A DNA stretch of 64,000 nt. Source: Escherichia coli. Lineage in GTDB: Bacteria; Pseudomonadota; Gammaproteobacteria; Enterobacterales; Enterobacteriaceae. Shown here one piece after another: positions 9,401-22,928 of this stretch. The position numbers were made by a program, and so were the translations under genes. The stretch is from assembly GCF_013315695.1 (NCBI RefSeq), contig NZ_CP054353.1; one strand, 5' to 3'. Each line of letters starts with the position of its first letter. Position 1 is the first letter of the stretch. The notes beneath the pieces were generated by a model that was given only the letters and a program-made list of their open reading frames with translations, made no database searches and had not been told where the DNA came from.

Positions 9401-10651
9401 TTACATGTTCTTGATGATTGCATCACCAAACTCTGAACATTTCAGCAGTTTAGCGCCTTCCATCAGACGTTCGAAGTCATAGGTTACGGTCTTGGCATTG
9501 ATTGCGCCTTCCATACCTTTAACAATCAAGTCTGCGGCTTCAGTCCAGCCCATATGGCGTAACATCATCTCAGCGGAGAGAATAATAGAGCCTGGGTTTA
9601 CTTTGTCCTGACCGGCATATTTCGGCGCAGTACCGTGGGTGGCTTCAAACAGGGCGCATTCGTCACCGATGTTTGCGCCAGGGGCGATACCGATACCGCC
9701 AACCTGCGCTGCCAGGGCGTCAGAAATGTAGTCACCGTTCAGGTTCATACAGGCGATAACATCATATTCAGCCGGACGCAGCAGGATCTGTTGCAGGAAT
9801 GCATCAGCAATCACGTCTTTAATGACGATCTCTTTGCCGGTGTTCGGGTTTTTAACTTTCAGCCACGGGCCGCCGTCGATCAGTTCACCGCCAAACTCTT
9901 CACGCGCCAGCTGGTAGCCCCAGTCTTTAAACGCGCCTTCGGTGAACTTCATGATGTTGCCTTTGTGCACCAGGGTCACAGAGTCACGATCGTTAGCAAT
10001 TGCGTATTCGATCGCTGCACGAACCAGACGTTTGGTGCCTTCTTCAGAACACGGCTTAATACCGATACCGCAATGTTCCGGGAAGCGAATTTTCTTCACG
10101 CCCATCTCTTCACGCAGGAATTTAATCACTTTCTCAGCGTCGGCAGAGTCTGCTTTCCATTCGATACCCGCATAAATGTCTTCCGAGTTTTCACGGAAGA
10201 TAACCATATCGGTCAGTTCAGGGTGTTTAACCGGGCTTGGAGTGCCCTGATAGTAACGTACCGGACGCAGGCAGATGTAGAGATCCAGTTCCTGGCGCAG
10301 AGCAACGTTGAGAGAGCGAATACCGCCACCAACCGGAGTGGTCAGCGGGCCTTTGATGGCAACGCGATATTCACGAATCAGATCAAGGGTTTCAGCAGGT
10401 AGCCAGACATCCTGACCATAAACCTGTGTGGATTTTTCACCGGTGTAAATTTCCATCCAGGAGATTTTACGCTCGCCTTTATAGGCTTTCTCGACTGCAG
10501 CGTCGACCACTTTCAGCATGGCTGGGGTTACATCTACACCGATTCCATCACCTTCAATGTAAGGGATAATCGGATTTTCAGGAACGTTGAGTTTGCCGTT
10601 TTGCAGGGTGATCTTCTTGCCTTGTGCCGGAACAACTACTTTACTTTCCAT
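9401..10651 (-). CDS. icd: Isocitrate dehydrogenase (NADP)
   Basis: 416-aa [41 protein letters not shown]...; full length, not interrupted by prophage. Confidence 0.97.
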   Translation of the reverse strand: MESKVVVPAQGKKITLQNGKLNVPENPIIPYIEGDGIGVDVTPAMLKVVDAAVEKAYKGERKISWMEIYTGEKSTQVYGQDVWLPAETLDLIREYRVAIKGPLTTPVGGGIRSLNVALRQELDLYICLRPVRYYQGTPSPVKHPELTDMVIFRENSEDIYAGIEWKADSADAEKVIKFLREEMGVKKIRFPEHCGIGIKPCSEEGTKRLVRAAIEYAIANDRDSVTLVHKGNIMKFTEGAFKDWGYQLAREEFGGELIDGGPWLKVKNPNTGKEIVIKDVIADAFLQQILLRPAEYDVIACMNLNGDYISDALAAQVGGIGIAPGANIGDECALFEATHGTAPKYAGQDKVNPGSIILSAEMMLRHMGWTEAADLIVKGMEGAINAKTVTYDFERLMEGAKLLKCSEFGDAIIKNM

Positions 10652-10822
10652 TCACCTCTCCTTCGAGCGCTACTGGTTTGCTCGTCTGCCACCACGTTGC
10701 ATATGCGTTTGCGTCCTGCGATACGGATGCGTTAGAGCAATTTTTTGTTAATGATTTGTAATTGGCTTGTCAATACTACCCTATTGTTTGCCGTCATGAA
10801 AGATGCGCGTTATTAGGCTATA
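10652..10822. promoter_or_regulatory. Divergent icd / original rluE promoter region
   Basis: 171-bp region between the icd start and the K-12-like rluE start codon at 10823. Confidence 0.5.
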
Positions 10823-10897
10823 ATGCGGCAATTCATAATCTCTGAAAATACCATGCAAAAAACTTCTTTTAGACCAAAGACAGTATTTTTCTGACCT
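10823..10897 (+). pseudogene. rluE: Remnant of the original rluE 5' end (17 K-12-like codons MRQFIISENTMQKTSFR, then out-of-context PKTVFF*)
   Basis: Read directly: ATGCGGCAATTCATAATCTCTGAAAATACCATGCAAAAAACTTCTTTTAGA; homology to recalled K-12 RluE N-terminus ends at 10873. Confidence 0.7.
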
Positions 10898-11112
10898 TCA
10901 AATAAGGTATTAAATATCAATAATTTATATCAGATTTTAAGCAATAAAAAAAACCACCAGAGATAACTAACAAGGTGCTATTTGGTCAAAATTTGACATT
11001 ACTCGATTCAGCGACTATCTCACTTTGAGCACTATTGGGAAAATTATCAAAAGTCATAGTTGAAGCGACAAGCAACGAGTAAATTATGGCATCCCCCCTT
11101 TTTGAGGTTCAC

Positions 11113-11199
11113 ATGAAACGCTTTGCACTGATAGCTGTGAAACTCGTTGCCTTTACTGGTTCTGCATCTGCTGCAACCGAAGAAATCAACTTCAAGTAA
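11113..11199 (+). CDS. Small ORF (28 aa) with signal-peptide-like N-terminus, inside the inserted segment
   Basis: MKRFALIAVKLVAFTGSASAATEEINFK*; GAGGT Shine-Dalgarno 5 nt upstream of the ATG. Confidence 0.35.
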   Translation: MKRFALIAVKLVAFTGSASAATEEINFK

Positions 11200-11232
11200 C
11201 AGAAACACTATATAACAATGGAGTGTTGACAA

Positions 11233-11682
11233 ATGGATACTACCGAAGAACGCAATGGAACATATTTCTACAGAGGACACCCGAACCTGTCCAAAATAGA
11301 ACTACTCAACGTCATATTCCTTGAAGAATTCTGTAAGGAATTGGGGATTGATTCGGTATCAGGTGCAGCAATCTTATCTGGTCAACCGTGGCTGGGTACA
11401 AGAGCGAAGCCGCAAGGGGCAACCCTGGGAACAAGTGTTGTCTCAAAGTATGCGCGTATACTGATGAGAGATGCACGCATGCCTTTTGGTATTTCTGTTC
11501 ATACACCAGTGGGTGTAAGGATGCAGAAATCTAATAAGCTTGCTGCAATTATCGCTCGTTGGGTCCCGTGGATTGGTTGGGCTTCACTGTCGATGAGTCT
11601 TTACAGGGTTTCGACTCGTACCCAGGAAAAATACAATCTGATTGCCAAACCTCAAGACCGTATTAAGTGGACTTCCTTCTAA
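11233..11682 (+). CDS. Hypothetical basic protein (149 aa), first gene of an inserted two-gene cassette; candidate toxin or effector
   Basis: Track ORF; GGAGTG upstream; net charge about +9 by residue count; no signal peptide or TM segment; not recognised. Confidence 0.6.
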   Translation: MDTTEERNGTYFYRGHPNLSKIELLNVIFLEEFCKELGIDSVSGAAILSGQPWLGTRAKPQGATLGTSVVSKYARILMRDARMPFGISVHTPVGVRMQKSNKLAAIIARWVPWIGWASLSMSLYRVSTRTQEKYNLIAKPQDRIKWTSF

Positions 11683-12017
11683 TGGCGACAACAATCACAG
11701 ACGAAGTTTTAGCACTGTTCCGTGATGAGATTCCAGGTTATCAGGATGACCACGGGAAGGAAATTCCGTTAGAACTGGACTCTGATTTGTTCGACTATCC
11801 ACGAGATGATTTAGAGGACGCTATACGGAAATACAAAGAGAGGTTTGGGATTAACCTGGATAATCTGGACTGGTCTTTGTACCTTCCATGGGAGTCTGCA
11901 CCATTGCTTCAACGATGGTTCAAGCTCAAGCGGGAAGAGGTAGAAACAACACGTTTACCGTTAACTGTACGGATGTTTGCAGAATCAGCAGAAGCGGGAA
12001 AATGGCTGTATCAGTAG
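11682..12017 (+). CDS. Hypothetical acidic protein (111 aa), second gene of the cassette; candidate immunity protein or antitoxin
   Basis: ATG overlaps the upstream stop (TAATG at 11680-11684); net charge about -10 (24 D/E versus 14 K/R); an in-frame ATG at 11667 is an alternative start. Confidence 0.6.
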   Translation: MATTITDEVLALFRDEIPGYQDDHGKEIPLELDSDLFDYPRDDLEDAIRKYKERFGINLDNLDWSLYLPWESAPLLQRWFKLKREEVETTRLPLTVRMFAESAEAGKWLYQ

Positions 12018-12036
12018 AATAAAAAAGAAGGCTGCG

Positions 12037-12099
12037 ATGCCCCTCTTATTACTGCTGATGATGGTAGTGGTAAAGCATCATCCTAAACTTGAACAGTGA
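12037..12099 (+). CDS. Tiny hydrophobic ORF (20 aa, MPLLLLLMMVVVKHHPKLEQ), speculative
   Basis: ATG preceded by GAAGG at appropriate spacing; located 20 bp after the cassette stop. Confidence 0.2.
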   Translation: MPLLLLLMMVVVKHHPKLEQ

Positions 12100-12349
12100 A
12101 GTGCTGTCACCCATCAGTAATACAGAAACACTATTTTTCATACCAGTATTTATTCAATTCATCAATGTAAAATGTGTTCATTGGGCCATATTTATCACCA
12201 TGCAGCCACACAACCGCTGCTCACTAACCCAGGTATTGATGAAACCGCGCTGAAGAGCCTGAACCCTGAACCTCTAACGAGTACCTTAAAAGTCCAATGC
12301 AATCCGACACTGTGCTACCCTCTGCGTAAAGCTCTATTTGGAATTTACC

Positions 12350-12988
12350 ATGAAATACTTTAGCGATTCTAAATCTTCTTTTAGAAAAAAACAGGTTAGT
12401 CGACTAAACTCGCAACACTCCACTAAGCGTAAACCTGAAAACCAGCCCACGCGTGTGATCCTGTTCAATAAACCCTACGATGTTCTTCCGCAGTTCACCG
12501 ATGAAGCCGGACGCAAAACATTAAAAGAATTCATCCCGGTTCAGGGCGTTTATGCAGCAGGTCGTCTTGACCGCGATAGCGAAGGGTTACTGGTGCTGAC
12601 CAATAACGGCGCGTTGCAGGCGCGTTTAACCCAGCCGGGTAAACGCACCGGAAAAATCTATTATGTGCAGGTGGAAGGTATTCCCACACAAGACGCACTT
12701 GAAGCCTTGCGCAATGGCGTAACCTTAAATGATGGCCCTACCCTGCCCGCAGGCGTAGAGCTGGTTGACGAACCCGCGTGGTTATGGCCGCGGAATCCAC
12801 CAATTCGTGAACGCAAAAGTATTCCCACCAGCTGGCTTAAGATCACCTTATATGAAGGACGTAATCGCCAGGTGCGCCGCATGACCGCCCATGTTGGTTT
12901 CCCCACGCTGCGACTGATTCGCTATGCGATGGGTGATTACTCTTTGGATAATCTTGCCAACGGCGAATGGCGAGAAGCGACAGATTAA
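12350..12988 (+). CDS. rluE: 23S rRNA pseudouridine2457 synthase RluE, mosaic allele with divergent N-terminus
   Basis: Track ORF 12338..12988 (TTG); ATG at 12350 gives [39 protein letters not shown]...; body matches recalled RluE from PENQPTRV onward. Confidence 0.85.
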   Translation: MKYFSDSKSSFRKKQVSRLNSQHSTKRKPENQPTRVILFNKPYDVLPQFTDEAGRKTLKEFIPVQGVYAAGRLDRDSEGLLVLTNNGALQARLTQPGKRTGKIYYVQVEGIPTQDALEALRNGVTLNDGPTLPAGVELVDEPAWLWPRNPPIRERKSIPTSWLKITLYEGRNRQVRRMTAHVGFPTLRLIRYAMGDYSLDNLANGEWREATD

Positions 12989-12997
12989 GGACGCAAA

Positions 12998-14619
<1,622 letters not shown>

Positions 14620-14654
14620 TTATTATCTTTACTTAAAACAAGGAAGCAGTGAAC

Positions 14655-15296
14655 GTGGCAAAGAATTACTATGACATCACCCTCGCCCTGGCCGGTATTT
14701 GTCAGTCGGCACGCCTGGTGCAACAACTCGCTCACCAGGGGCATTGTGATGGCGATGCGCTACACGTCTCACTCAACAGTATTATCGATATGAACCCCAG
14801 CTCAACGCTGGCGGTTTTTGGCGGCAGCGAAGCCAACCTGCGCGTCGGGCTGGAAACCTTGCTCGGCGTACTCAATGCCAGCAGTCGCCAGGGCTTAAAC
14901 GCCGAATTAACCCGCTACACACTCAGTCTGATGGTGCTTGAGCGCAAACTCTCCTCAGCGAAAGGTGCGCTCGACACTCTGGGCAACCGGATCAACGGCC
15001 TGCAACGCCAGCTCGAACACTTCGATTTACAGTCCGAAACGCTGATGAGCGCGATGGCTGCTATCTATGTTGATGTGATTAGCCCGCTTGGCCCACGCAT
15101 TCAGGTCACCGGTTCCCCTGCTGTACTGCAAAGTCCACAGGTACAGGCGAAAGTCCGCGCTACCCTGCTGGCAGGCATTCGCGCCGCCGTGCTCTGGCAC
15201 CAGGTCGGCGGCGGTCGTCTGCAACTGATGTTTTCTCGTAATCGCCTGACCACTCAGGCAAAACAAATTCTTGCTCATTTAACCCCGGAGTTGTGA
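14655..15296 (+). CDS. hflD: High-frequency lysogenization protein HflD
   Basis: Track ORF 14649..15296; GTG start giving (M)[20 protein letters not shown] (213 aa). Confidence 0.88.
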   Translation: MAKNYYDITLALAGICQSARLVQQLAHQGHCDGDALHVSLNSIIDMNPSSTLAVFGGSEANLRVGLETLLGVLNASSRQGLNAELTRYTLSLMVLERKLSSAKGALDTLGNRINGLQRQLEHFDLQSETLMSAMAAIYVDVISPLGPRIQVTGSPAVLQSPQVQAKVRATLLAGIRAAVLWHQVGGGRLQLMFSRNRLTTQAKQILAHLTPEL

Positions 15297-16670
<1,374 letters not shown>

Positions 16671-16761
16671 ACTCGTATCAGTGCCGGATAGCGATGCTGT
16701 CCGGCCTGCTTATTAAGATTATCCGCTTTTTATTTTTTCACTTTACCTCCCCTCCCCCGCT

Positions 16762-16778
16762 GGTTTATTTAATGTTTA
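16762..16778 (+). promoter_or_regulatory. PhoP box (direct hexamer repeat GGTTTA-N5-TGTTTA) of the autoregulated phoPQ promoter
   Basis: GGTTTATTTAATGTTTA about 60 bp upstream of the phoP start; fits the established PhoP-box pattern. Confidence 0.75.
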
Positions 16779-16838
16779 CCCCCATAACCACATAATCGCG
16801 TTACACTATTTTAATAATTAAGACAGGGAGAAATAAAA

Positions 16839-17510
16839 ATGCGCGTACTGGTTGTTGAAGACAATGCGTTGTTACGTCACCACCTTAAAGTTCAGATTCA
16901 GGATGCTGGTCATCAGGTCGATGACGCAGAAGATGCCAAAGAAGCCGATTATTATCTCAATGAACATTTACCGGATATTGCGATTGTCGATCTCGGATTG
17001 CCTGACGAGGATGGTCTGTCACTGATTCGCCGCTGGCGTAGCAATGATGTTTCACTGCCGATTCTGGTATTAACCGCCCGTGAAAGCTGGCAGGACAAAG
17101 TCGAAGTATTAAGTGCCGGTGCTGATGATTACGTGACTAAACCGTTTCATATTGAAGAGGTGATGGCGCGAATGCAGGCATTAATGCGGCGTAATAGCGG
17201 TCTGGCTTCACAGGTCATTTCGCTACCACCGTTTCAGGTTGATCTCTCCCGCCGTGAATTATCTATTAATGACGAAGTGATCAAACTGACCGCGTTCGAA
17301 TACACCATTATGGAAACGTTGATACGCAATAATGGCAAAGTGGTCAGCAAAGATTCGTTAATGCTACAACTCTACCCGGATGCGGAGCTGCGGGAAAGCC
17401 ATACCATTGATGTACTGATGGGACGTCTGCGCAAAAAAATTCAGGCACAATATCCGCAAGAAGTGATTACCACCGTTCGCGGCCAGGGCTATCTGTTCGA
17501 ATTGCGCTGA
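16839..17510 (+). CDS. phoP: Response regulator PhoP
   Basis: 223-aa [43 protein letters not shown]... Confidence 0.97.
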   Translation: MRVLVVEDNALLRHHLKVQIQDAGHQVDDAEDAKEADYYLNEHLPDIAIVDLGLPDEDGLSLIRRWRSNDVSLPILVLTARESWQDKVEVLSAGADDYVTKPFHIEEVMARMQALMRRNSGLASQVISLPPFQVDLSRRELSINDEVIKLTAFEYTIMETLIRNNGKVVSKDSLMLQLYPDAELRESHTIDVLMGRLRKKIQAQYPQEVITTVRGQGYLFELR

Positions 17511-18970
17511 TGAAAAAATTACTGCGTCTTTTTTTCCCGCTCTCGCTGCGGGTACGTTTTCTGTTAGCAACGGCAGCAGTAGTATTGGTGCTTTCGCTTG
17601 CCTACGGAATGGTTGCGCTGATCGGTTATAGCGTCAGTTTCGATAAAACCACGTTTCGGCTGTTACGTGGCGAGAGCAATCTGTTCTATACCCTTGCGAA
17701 GTGGGAAAACAATAAGTTGCATGTCGAGTTACCCGAAAATATCGACAAGCAAAGCCCCACCATGACGCTAATTTATGATGAGAACGGGCAGCTTTTATGG
17801 GCGCAACGTGACGTGCCCTGGCTGATGAAGATGATCCAGCCTGACTGGCTGAAATCGAATGGTTTTCATGAAATTGAAGCGGATGTTAACGATACCAGCC
17901 TCTTGCTGAGTGGAGATCATTCGATACAGCAACAGTTGCAGGAAGTGCGGGAAGATGATGACGACGCGGAGATGACCCACTCGGTAGCGGTAAACGTCTA
18001 CCCGGCAACATCGCGGATGCCAAAGTTAACCATTGTGGTGGTGGATACCATTCCGGTGGAGCTAAAAAGTTCCTATATGGTCTGGAGCTGGTTTATCTAT
18101 GTGCTCTCAGCCAATCTGCTGTTAGTGATCCCGCTGCTGTGGGTCGCCGCCTGGTGGAGTTTACGCCCCATCGAAGCCCTGGCAAAAGAAGTCCGCGAAC
18201 TGGAAGAACATAACCGCGAATTGCTCAATCCAGCCACAACGCGAGAACTGACCAGTCTGGTACGAAACCTGAACCGATTGTTAAAAAGTGAACGCGAACG
18301 TTACGACAAATATCGTACAACGCTCACCGACCTGACCCATAGTCTGAAAACGCCACTGGCGGTGCTGCAAAGTACGCTGCGTTCTCTGCGTAGTGAGAAG
18401 ATGAGCGTCAGTGATGCTGAGCCGGTAATGCTGGAGCAAATCAGCCGCATTTCACAGCAAATTGGCTACTACCTGCATCGTGCCAGTATGCGCGGCGGGA
18501 CATTGCTTAGCCGCGAGCTGCATCCGGTCGCCCCACTGTTGGACAATCTCACCTCGGCGCTGAACAAAGTGTATCAACGCAAAGGGGTCAATATCTCTCT
18601 CGATATTTCGCCAGAGATCAGCTTTGTTGGTGAGCAGAACGATTTTGTCGAGGTGATGGGCAATGTGCTGGATAATGCCTGTAAATATTGCCTCGAGTTT
18701 GTCGAAATTTCTGCAAGGCAAACCGACGAGCATCTCTATATTGTGGTCGAGGATGATGGCCCCGGTATTCCATTAAGCAAGCGAGAGGTCATTTTCGACC
18801 GTGGTCAACGGGTTGATACTTTACGCCCTGGGCAAGGTGTAGGGCTGGCGGTAGCCCGCGAAATCACCGAGCAATATGAGGGTAAAATCGTCGCCGGAGA
18901 GAGCATGCTGGGCGGTGCGCGGATGGAGGTGATTTTTGGTCGCCAGCATTCTGCGCCGAAAGATGAATAA
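17510..18970 (+). CDS. phoQ: Sensor histidine kinase PhoQ
   Basis: 486-aa [43 protein letters not shown]...; start overlaps the phoP stop. Confidence 0.97.
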   Translation: MKKLLRLFFPLSLRVRFLLATAAVVLVLSLAYGMVALIGYSVSFDKTTFRLLRGESNLFYTLAKWENNKLHVELPENIDKQSPTMTLIYDENGQLLWAQRDVPWLMKMIQPDWLKSNGFHEIEADVNDTSLLLSGDHSIQQQLQEVREDDDDAEMTHSVAVNVYPATSRMPKLTIVVVDTIPVELKSSYMVWSWFIYVLSANLLLVIPLLWVAAWWSLRPIEALAKEVRELEEHNRELLNPATTRELTSLVRNLNRLLKSERERYDKYRTTLTDLTHSLKTPLAVLQSTLRSLRSEKMSVSDAEPVMLEQISRISQQIGYYLHRASMRGGTLLSRELHPVAPLLDNLTSALNKVYQRKGVNISLDISPEISFVGEQNDFVEVMGNVLDNACKYCLEFVEISARQTDEHLYIVVEDDGPGIPLSKREVIFDRGQRVDTLRPGQGVGLAVAREITEQYEGKIVAGESMLGGARMEVIFGRQHSAPKDE

Positions 18971-19045
18971 ATATGTCCATACTTCACGCATTACGTTAAG
19001 CATCCGTTATAATCGGTTGCAGATACCAGCCTGTGGATGCTTAAC

Positions 19046-20167
19046 ATGGAATACCAACTCACTCTTAACTGGCCCGATTTTCTTGAACGTCACTGGCAGA
19101 AACGCCCGGTGGTGTTAAAACGCGGCTTTAATAATTTTATTGACCCGATCTCTCCAGACGAGTTGGCGGGTCTGGCGATGGAAAGCGAAGTCGACAGTCG
19201 ACTGGTCAGTCATCAGGATGGCAAATGGCAGGTCAGCCACGGTCCATTCGAAAGCTACGATCATCTCGGTGAAACTAACTGGTCATTGTTAGTGCAAGCA
19301 GTGAACCACTGGCATGAGCCGACCGCCGCGCTAATGCGACCGTTCCGTGAACTACCGGACTGGCGTATTGATGATCTGATGATCTCTTTTTCTGTACCGG
19401 GCGGCGGCGTCGGCCCGCATCTCGATCAGTACGACGTGTTTATCATTCAGGGTACCGGACGTCGTCGCTGGCGAGTGGGCGAAAAGCTGCAAATGAAACA
19501 GCACTGCCCGCACCCGGATCTGTTACAGGTCGATCCGTTCGAAGCCATCATCGATGAAGAGCTGGAGCCTGGCGATATTCTTTATATTCCGCCAGGATTC
19601 CCGCATGAAGGCTACGCGCTGGAAAATGCGATGAACTATTCCGTAGGTTTTCGCGCGCCAAATACGCGGGAACTGATTAGCGGATTTGCCGATTATGTGC
19701 TGCAACGTGAACTGGGCGGCAACTACTACAGCGATCCTGATGTTCCACCTCGCGCTCATCCTGCGGATGTTCTGCCGCAAGAGATGGATAAACTGCGTGA
19801 GATGATGCTCGAATTGATCAACCAGCCGGAACACTTTAAGCAATGGTTTGGGGAGTTTATATCCCAGTCACGTCATGAACTGGATATCGCGCCGCCAGAG
19901 CCGCCTTATCAGCCGGATGAAATCTACGATGCGCTGAAACAAGGTGATGTGCTGGTGCGCCTGGGTGGTCTACGCGTATTGCGCATTGGCGACGACGTGT
20001 ATGCCAATGGTGAGAAGATCGATTCCCCGCACCGTCCGGCACTGGATGCACTCGCCAGCAACATTGCGCTGACTGCGGAGAATTTTGGCGATGCGCTGGA
20101 AGATCCGTCATTCCTCGCGATGCTCGCGGCGCTGGTCAATAGCGGATACTGGTTCTTCGAAGGGTAA
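19046..20167 (+). CDS. roxA: Ribosomal protein uL16 arginine hydroxylase RoxA/YcfD (JmjC/cupin oxygenase)
   Basis: Track ORF 19037..20167; start set at MEYQLTLNWPDFLERHWQKRP (373 aa). Confidence 0.88.
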   Translation: MEYQLTLNWPDFLERHWQKRPVVLKRGFNNFIDPISPDELAGLAMESEVDSRLVSHQDGKWQVSHGPFESYDHLGETNWSLLVQAVNHWHEPTAALMRPFRELPDWRIDDLMISFSVPGGGVGPHLDQYDVFIIQGTGRRRWRVGEKLQMKQHCPHPDLLQVDPFEAIIDEELEPGDILYIPPGFPHEGYALENAMNYSVGFRAPNTRELISGFADYVLQRELGGNYYSDPDVPPRAHPADVLPQEMDKLREMMLELINQPEHFKQWFGEFISQSRHELDIAPPEPPYQPDEIYDALKQGDVLVRLGGLRVLRIGDDVYANGEKIDSPHRPALDALASNIALTAENFGDALEDPSFLAMLAALVNSGYWFFEG

Positions 20168-20178
20168 GTTTGGATTTA

Positions 20179-20250
20179 AGCCGGATGCGGCGCTGATTGC
20201 GCCTTATCGTGCCTACATGCACTGAACGCCTGTAGGCACGATAAGTATGT
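20179..20250. repeat. REP (repetitive extragenic palindromic) element cluster
   Basis: GCCGGATGCGGCG...GCGCCTTATC and CCTGTAGGCACGATAAG motifs between roxA and pepT. Confidence 0.7.
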
Positions 20251-20312
20251 GGACCAGTGTCAATATAAAGGTTTCATCCCGGTAATTGGCAGTCCACATA
20301 CGCATCGGGCAA

Positions 20313-21539
20313 TCACGACTTCCGTTGCGCCGTCAACTCGGCAATACGGACGATCACCTGCACCGCTTTTTCCATACCTTCCAGAGTCACAAACTCATGC
20401 TTACCATGATAGTTGTAACCGCCAGTGAACAGGTTCGGGCACGGTAATCCCATAAACGACAACTGCGCGCCGTCGGTACCGCCGCGGATCGGTTTCAGTT
20501 CCGGTTCAATATCGCAGTCACGCATCGCCTGCTGGGCGATATCGAGAATATGCGGATGCTCAACCACTTTCTCGCGCATATTGTAGTAACTGTCTTCAAT
20601 CACCAGTTCAATGTAGCAATCAGGATGTAACCCTTTGCCCACTTTTTTGGCGATCTCCATCATTTTACGTTTACGCGCTTCAAACTGTTTACGGTCGAAA
20701 TCACGGATGATGTAGTGCATATCGGCCCGTTCAACGGTGCCTTTCATGCTCGCCAGGTGATAGAAACCTTCATAGCCTTCTGTCATTTCCGGGCTTTCAT
20801 CCGCCGGAACTTCCGCATGAATACGTGCCGCCAGCGACAGCGCATTTACCATCACGCCTTTCGCCGTGCCCGGGTGAACATTGTTACCGACAATTTTGAT
20901 ATTGACCGACGCGGCGTTGAAGTTTTCAAACTCCAGTTCGCCTACGCCACCACCATCAACGGTGTAAGCCCAGCGGGCATCGAAGGCGTCAACATCAAAA
21001 TGCTTCGCCCCTTTGCCCACTTCTTCATCCGGGGTAAAGGCGACGCGAATATCACCATGCGGAATGTTTTTTTGTTGCAATACCGCCAGCGCGGTCATGA
21101 TTTCTGCAATACCTGCTTTGTCATCGGCACCTAACAAGGTTTTACCATCGGTGGTAATCAGCGTCTGACCCAGTAGCTGATGCAGCACCGGGAACATAAC
21201 CGGTGATAAAACTTCATCGCCGATACCCAGCGCAATATCGCCACCGCGATAGTTTTCAACAATTTGCGGATTCACATTTTTGCCGCTGCAATCCGGTGAG
21301 GTATCCACATGAGAAATAAAGCCAATCGCCGGGATATCGCCAGGGACGTTAGCCGGTAACGTCGCCATCAAAGTGCCCTTCTCACTTAAGGTCACATTGA
21401 TAAGCCCCATCTCTTCGAGCTGCTCTTTCAGCAGATGCAATAACTTCCATTGGCCTTCCGTGCTGGGAACCTGTCTCACCCCTGCCTTTGATTGGGTATC
21501 CAGAGACACGTAGTTCAAAAATCGCTCAAGTAGTTTATC
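20313..21539 (-). CDS. pepT: Peptidase T (tripeptide aminopeptidase)
   Basis: Track ORF 20313..21584; start set at [21 protein letters not shown] (408 aa). Confidence 0.93.
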   Translation of the reverse strand, partial: DKLLERFLNYVSLDTQSKAGVRQVPSTEGQWKLLHLLKEQLEEMGLINVTLSEKGTLMATLPANVPGDIPAIGFISHVDTSPDCSGKNVNPQIVENYRGGDIALGIGDEVLSPVMFPVLHQLLGQTLITTDGKTLLGADDKAGIAEIMTALAVLQQKNIPHGDIRVAFTPDEEVGKGAKHFDVDAFDARWAYTVDGGGVGELEFENFNAASVNIKIVGNNVHPGTAKGVMVNALSLAARIHAEVPADESPEMTEGYEGFYHLASMKGTVERADMHYIIRDFDRKQFEARKRKMMEIAKKVGKGLHPDCYIELVIEDSYYNMREKVVEHPHILDIAQQAMRDCDIEPELKPIRGGTDGAQLSFMGLPCPNLFTGGYNYHGKHEFVTLEGMEKAVQVIVRIAELTAQRKS

Positions 21540-21791
21540 CATGTAGTCACCCTCACTTTTTGTGACAACATTATTAAGAAGCAAGAAAAGACAAATATTG
21601 CGTCAGGTCACTTTTACCCCTGCAAGCGGGAATATTTATCAGCATTACCTTAATGAATATAAAGCTAAGCCAGTAATTCACAACAAAGATTGGCGATTCA
21701 AGCGGTTTGCCGTAGAATTACCGCCCTCATTAAGAGTCACCAAGGTGGTTAACCACAAACCCCGCATCGGTAAGCCATCCGTTGCGTTTAC

Positions 21792-22928
21792 ATGGGACAG
21801 AGTAAAAAATTGAATAAACAACCGAGTTCGCTTTCACCGCTGGTGCAATTGGCGGGAATTCGCAAATGCTTTGATGGTAAAGAGGTCATTCCCCAGCTGG
21901 ATCTGACTATCAACAATGGCGAGTTCCTCACGCTGCTTGGCCCTTCTGGCTGCGGTAAAACAACCGTTCTTCGCCTGATTGCAGGTCTGGAAACTGTTGA
22001 TTCCGGACGCATCATGCTGGATAACGAGGACATCACCCACGTTCCGGCGGAAAACCGCTATGTGAATACTGTTTTCCAAAGCTACGCACTTTTCCCCCAC
22101 ATGACCGTGTTCGAAAATGTGGCCTTTGGGTTGCGCATGCAAAAAACCCCCGCTGCTGAAATTACGCCCCGCGTGATGGAAGCCCTGCGGATGGTGCAGT
22201 TGGAAACCTTCGCTCAACGCAAACCGCATCAGCTCTCTGGTGGTCAACAGCAACGCGTCGCCATTGCTCGCGCGGTGGTTAACAAGCCTCGTCTGTTGTT
22301 GCTGGATGAGTCGCTCTCAGCGCTGGATTACAAACTGCGCAAGCAAATGCAGAACGAGCTGAAAGCGTTACAGCGTAAGCTTGGCATTACATTCGTGTTC
22401 GTAACTCACGACCAGGAAGAAGCACTTACCATGTCGGACAGGATCGTGGTGATGCGCGATGGTCGCATTGAGCAAGACGGCACGCCGCGTGAAATCTACG
22501 AAGAGCCGAAAAACCTGTTTGTTGCTGGGTTTATTGGCGAAATCAATATGTTTAACGCCACTGTCATCGAACGTCTCGACGAGCAGCGCGTACGCGCCAA
22601 CGTTGAAGGCCGCGAATGTAATATCTACGTTAACTTCGCCGTTGAACCGGGGCAAAAACTGCATGTTCTGCTGCGCCCGGAAGACTTACGTGTTGAAGAG
22701 ATTAACGACGACAACCACGCTGAAGGGCTGATTGGTTACGTTCGCGAGCGTAACTACAAAGGCATGACGCTGGAGTCGGTTGTTGAACTGGAAAATGGCA
22801 AGATGGTGATGGTCAGCGAATTCTTCAATGAAGACGATCCTGACTTTGACCACTCTCTCGACCAAAAAATGGCCATTAATTGGGTAGAAAGCTGGGAGGT
22901 CGTACTGGCTGATGAAGAACACAAGTAA
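21792..22928 (+). CDS. potA: Spermidine/putrescine ABC transporter ATPase PotA
   Basis: 378-aa ORF with Walker [10 protein letters not shown] and ABC signature LSGGQQQR. Confidence 0.96.

Noticed and set aside
9635-10402. 255-aa ORF on the plus strand
   Set aside because: Lies entirely antisense within icd; shadow ORF of a well-supported gene
12172-12363. 63-aa plus-strand ORF upstream of rluE
   Set aside because: No convincing ribosome-binding site; overlaps the rluE start; more likely the non-coding leader and promoter region
21562-21813. 83-aa plus-strand ORF between pepT and potA
   Set aside because: Occupies the divergent pepT/potA promoter region and overlaps the potA start; no ribosome-binding site
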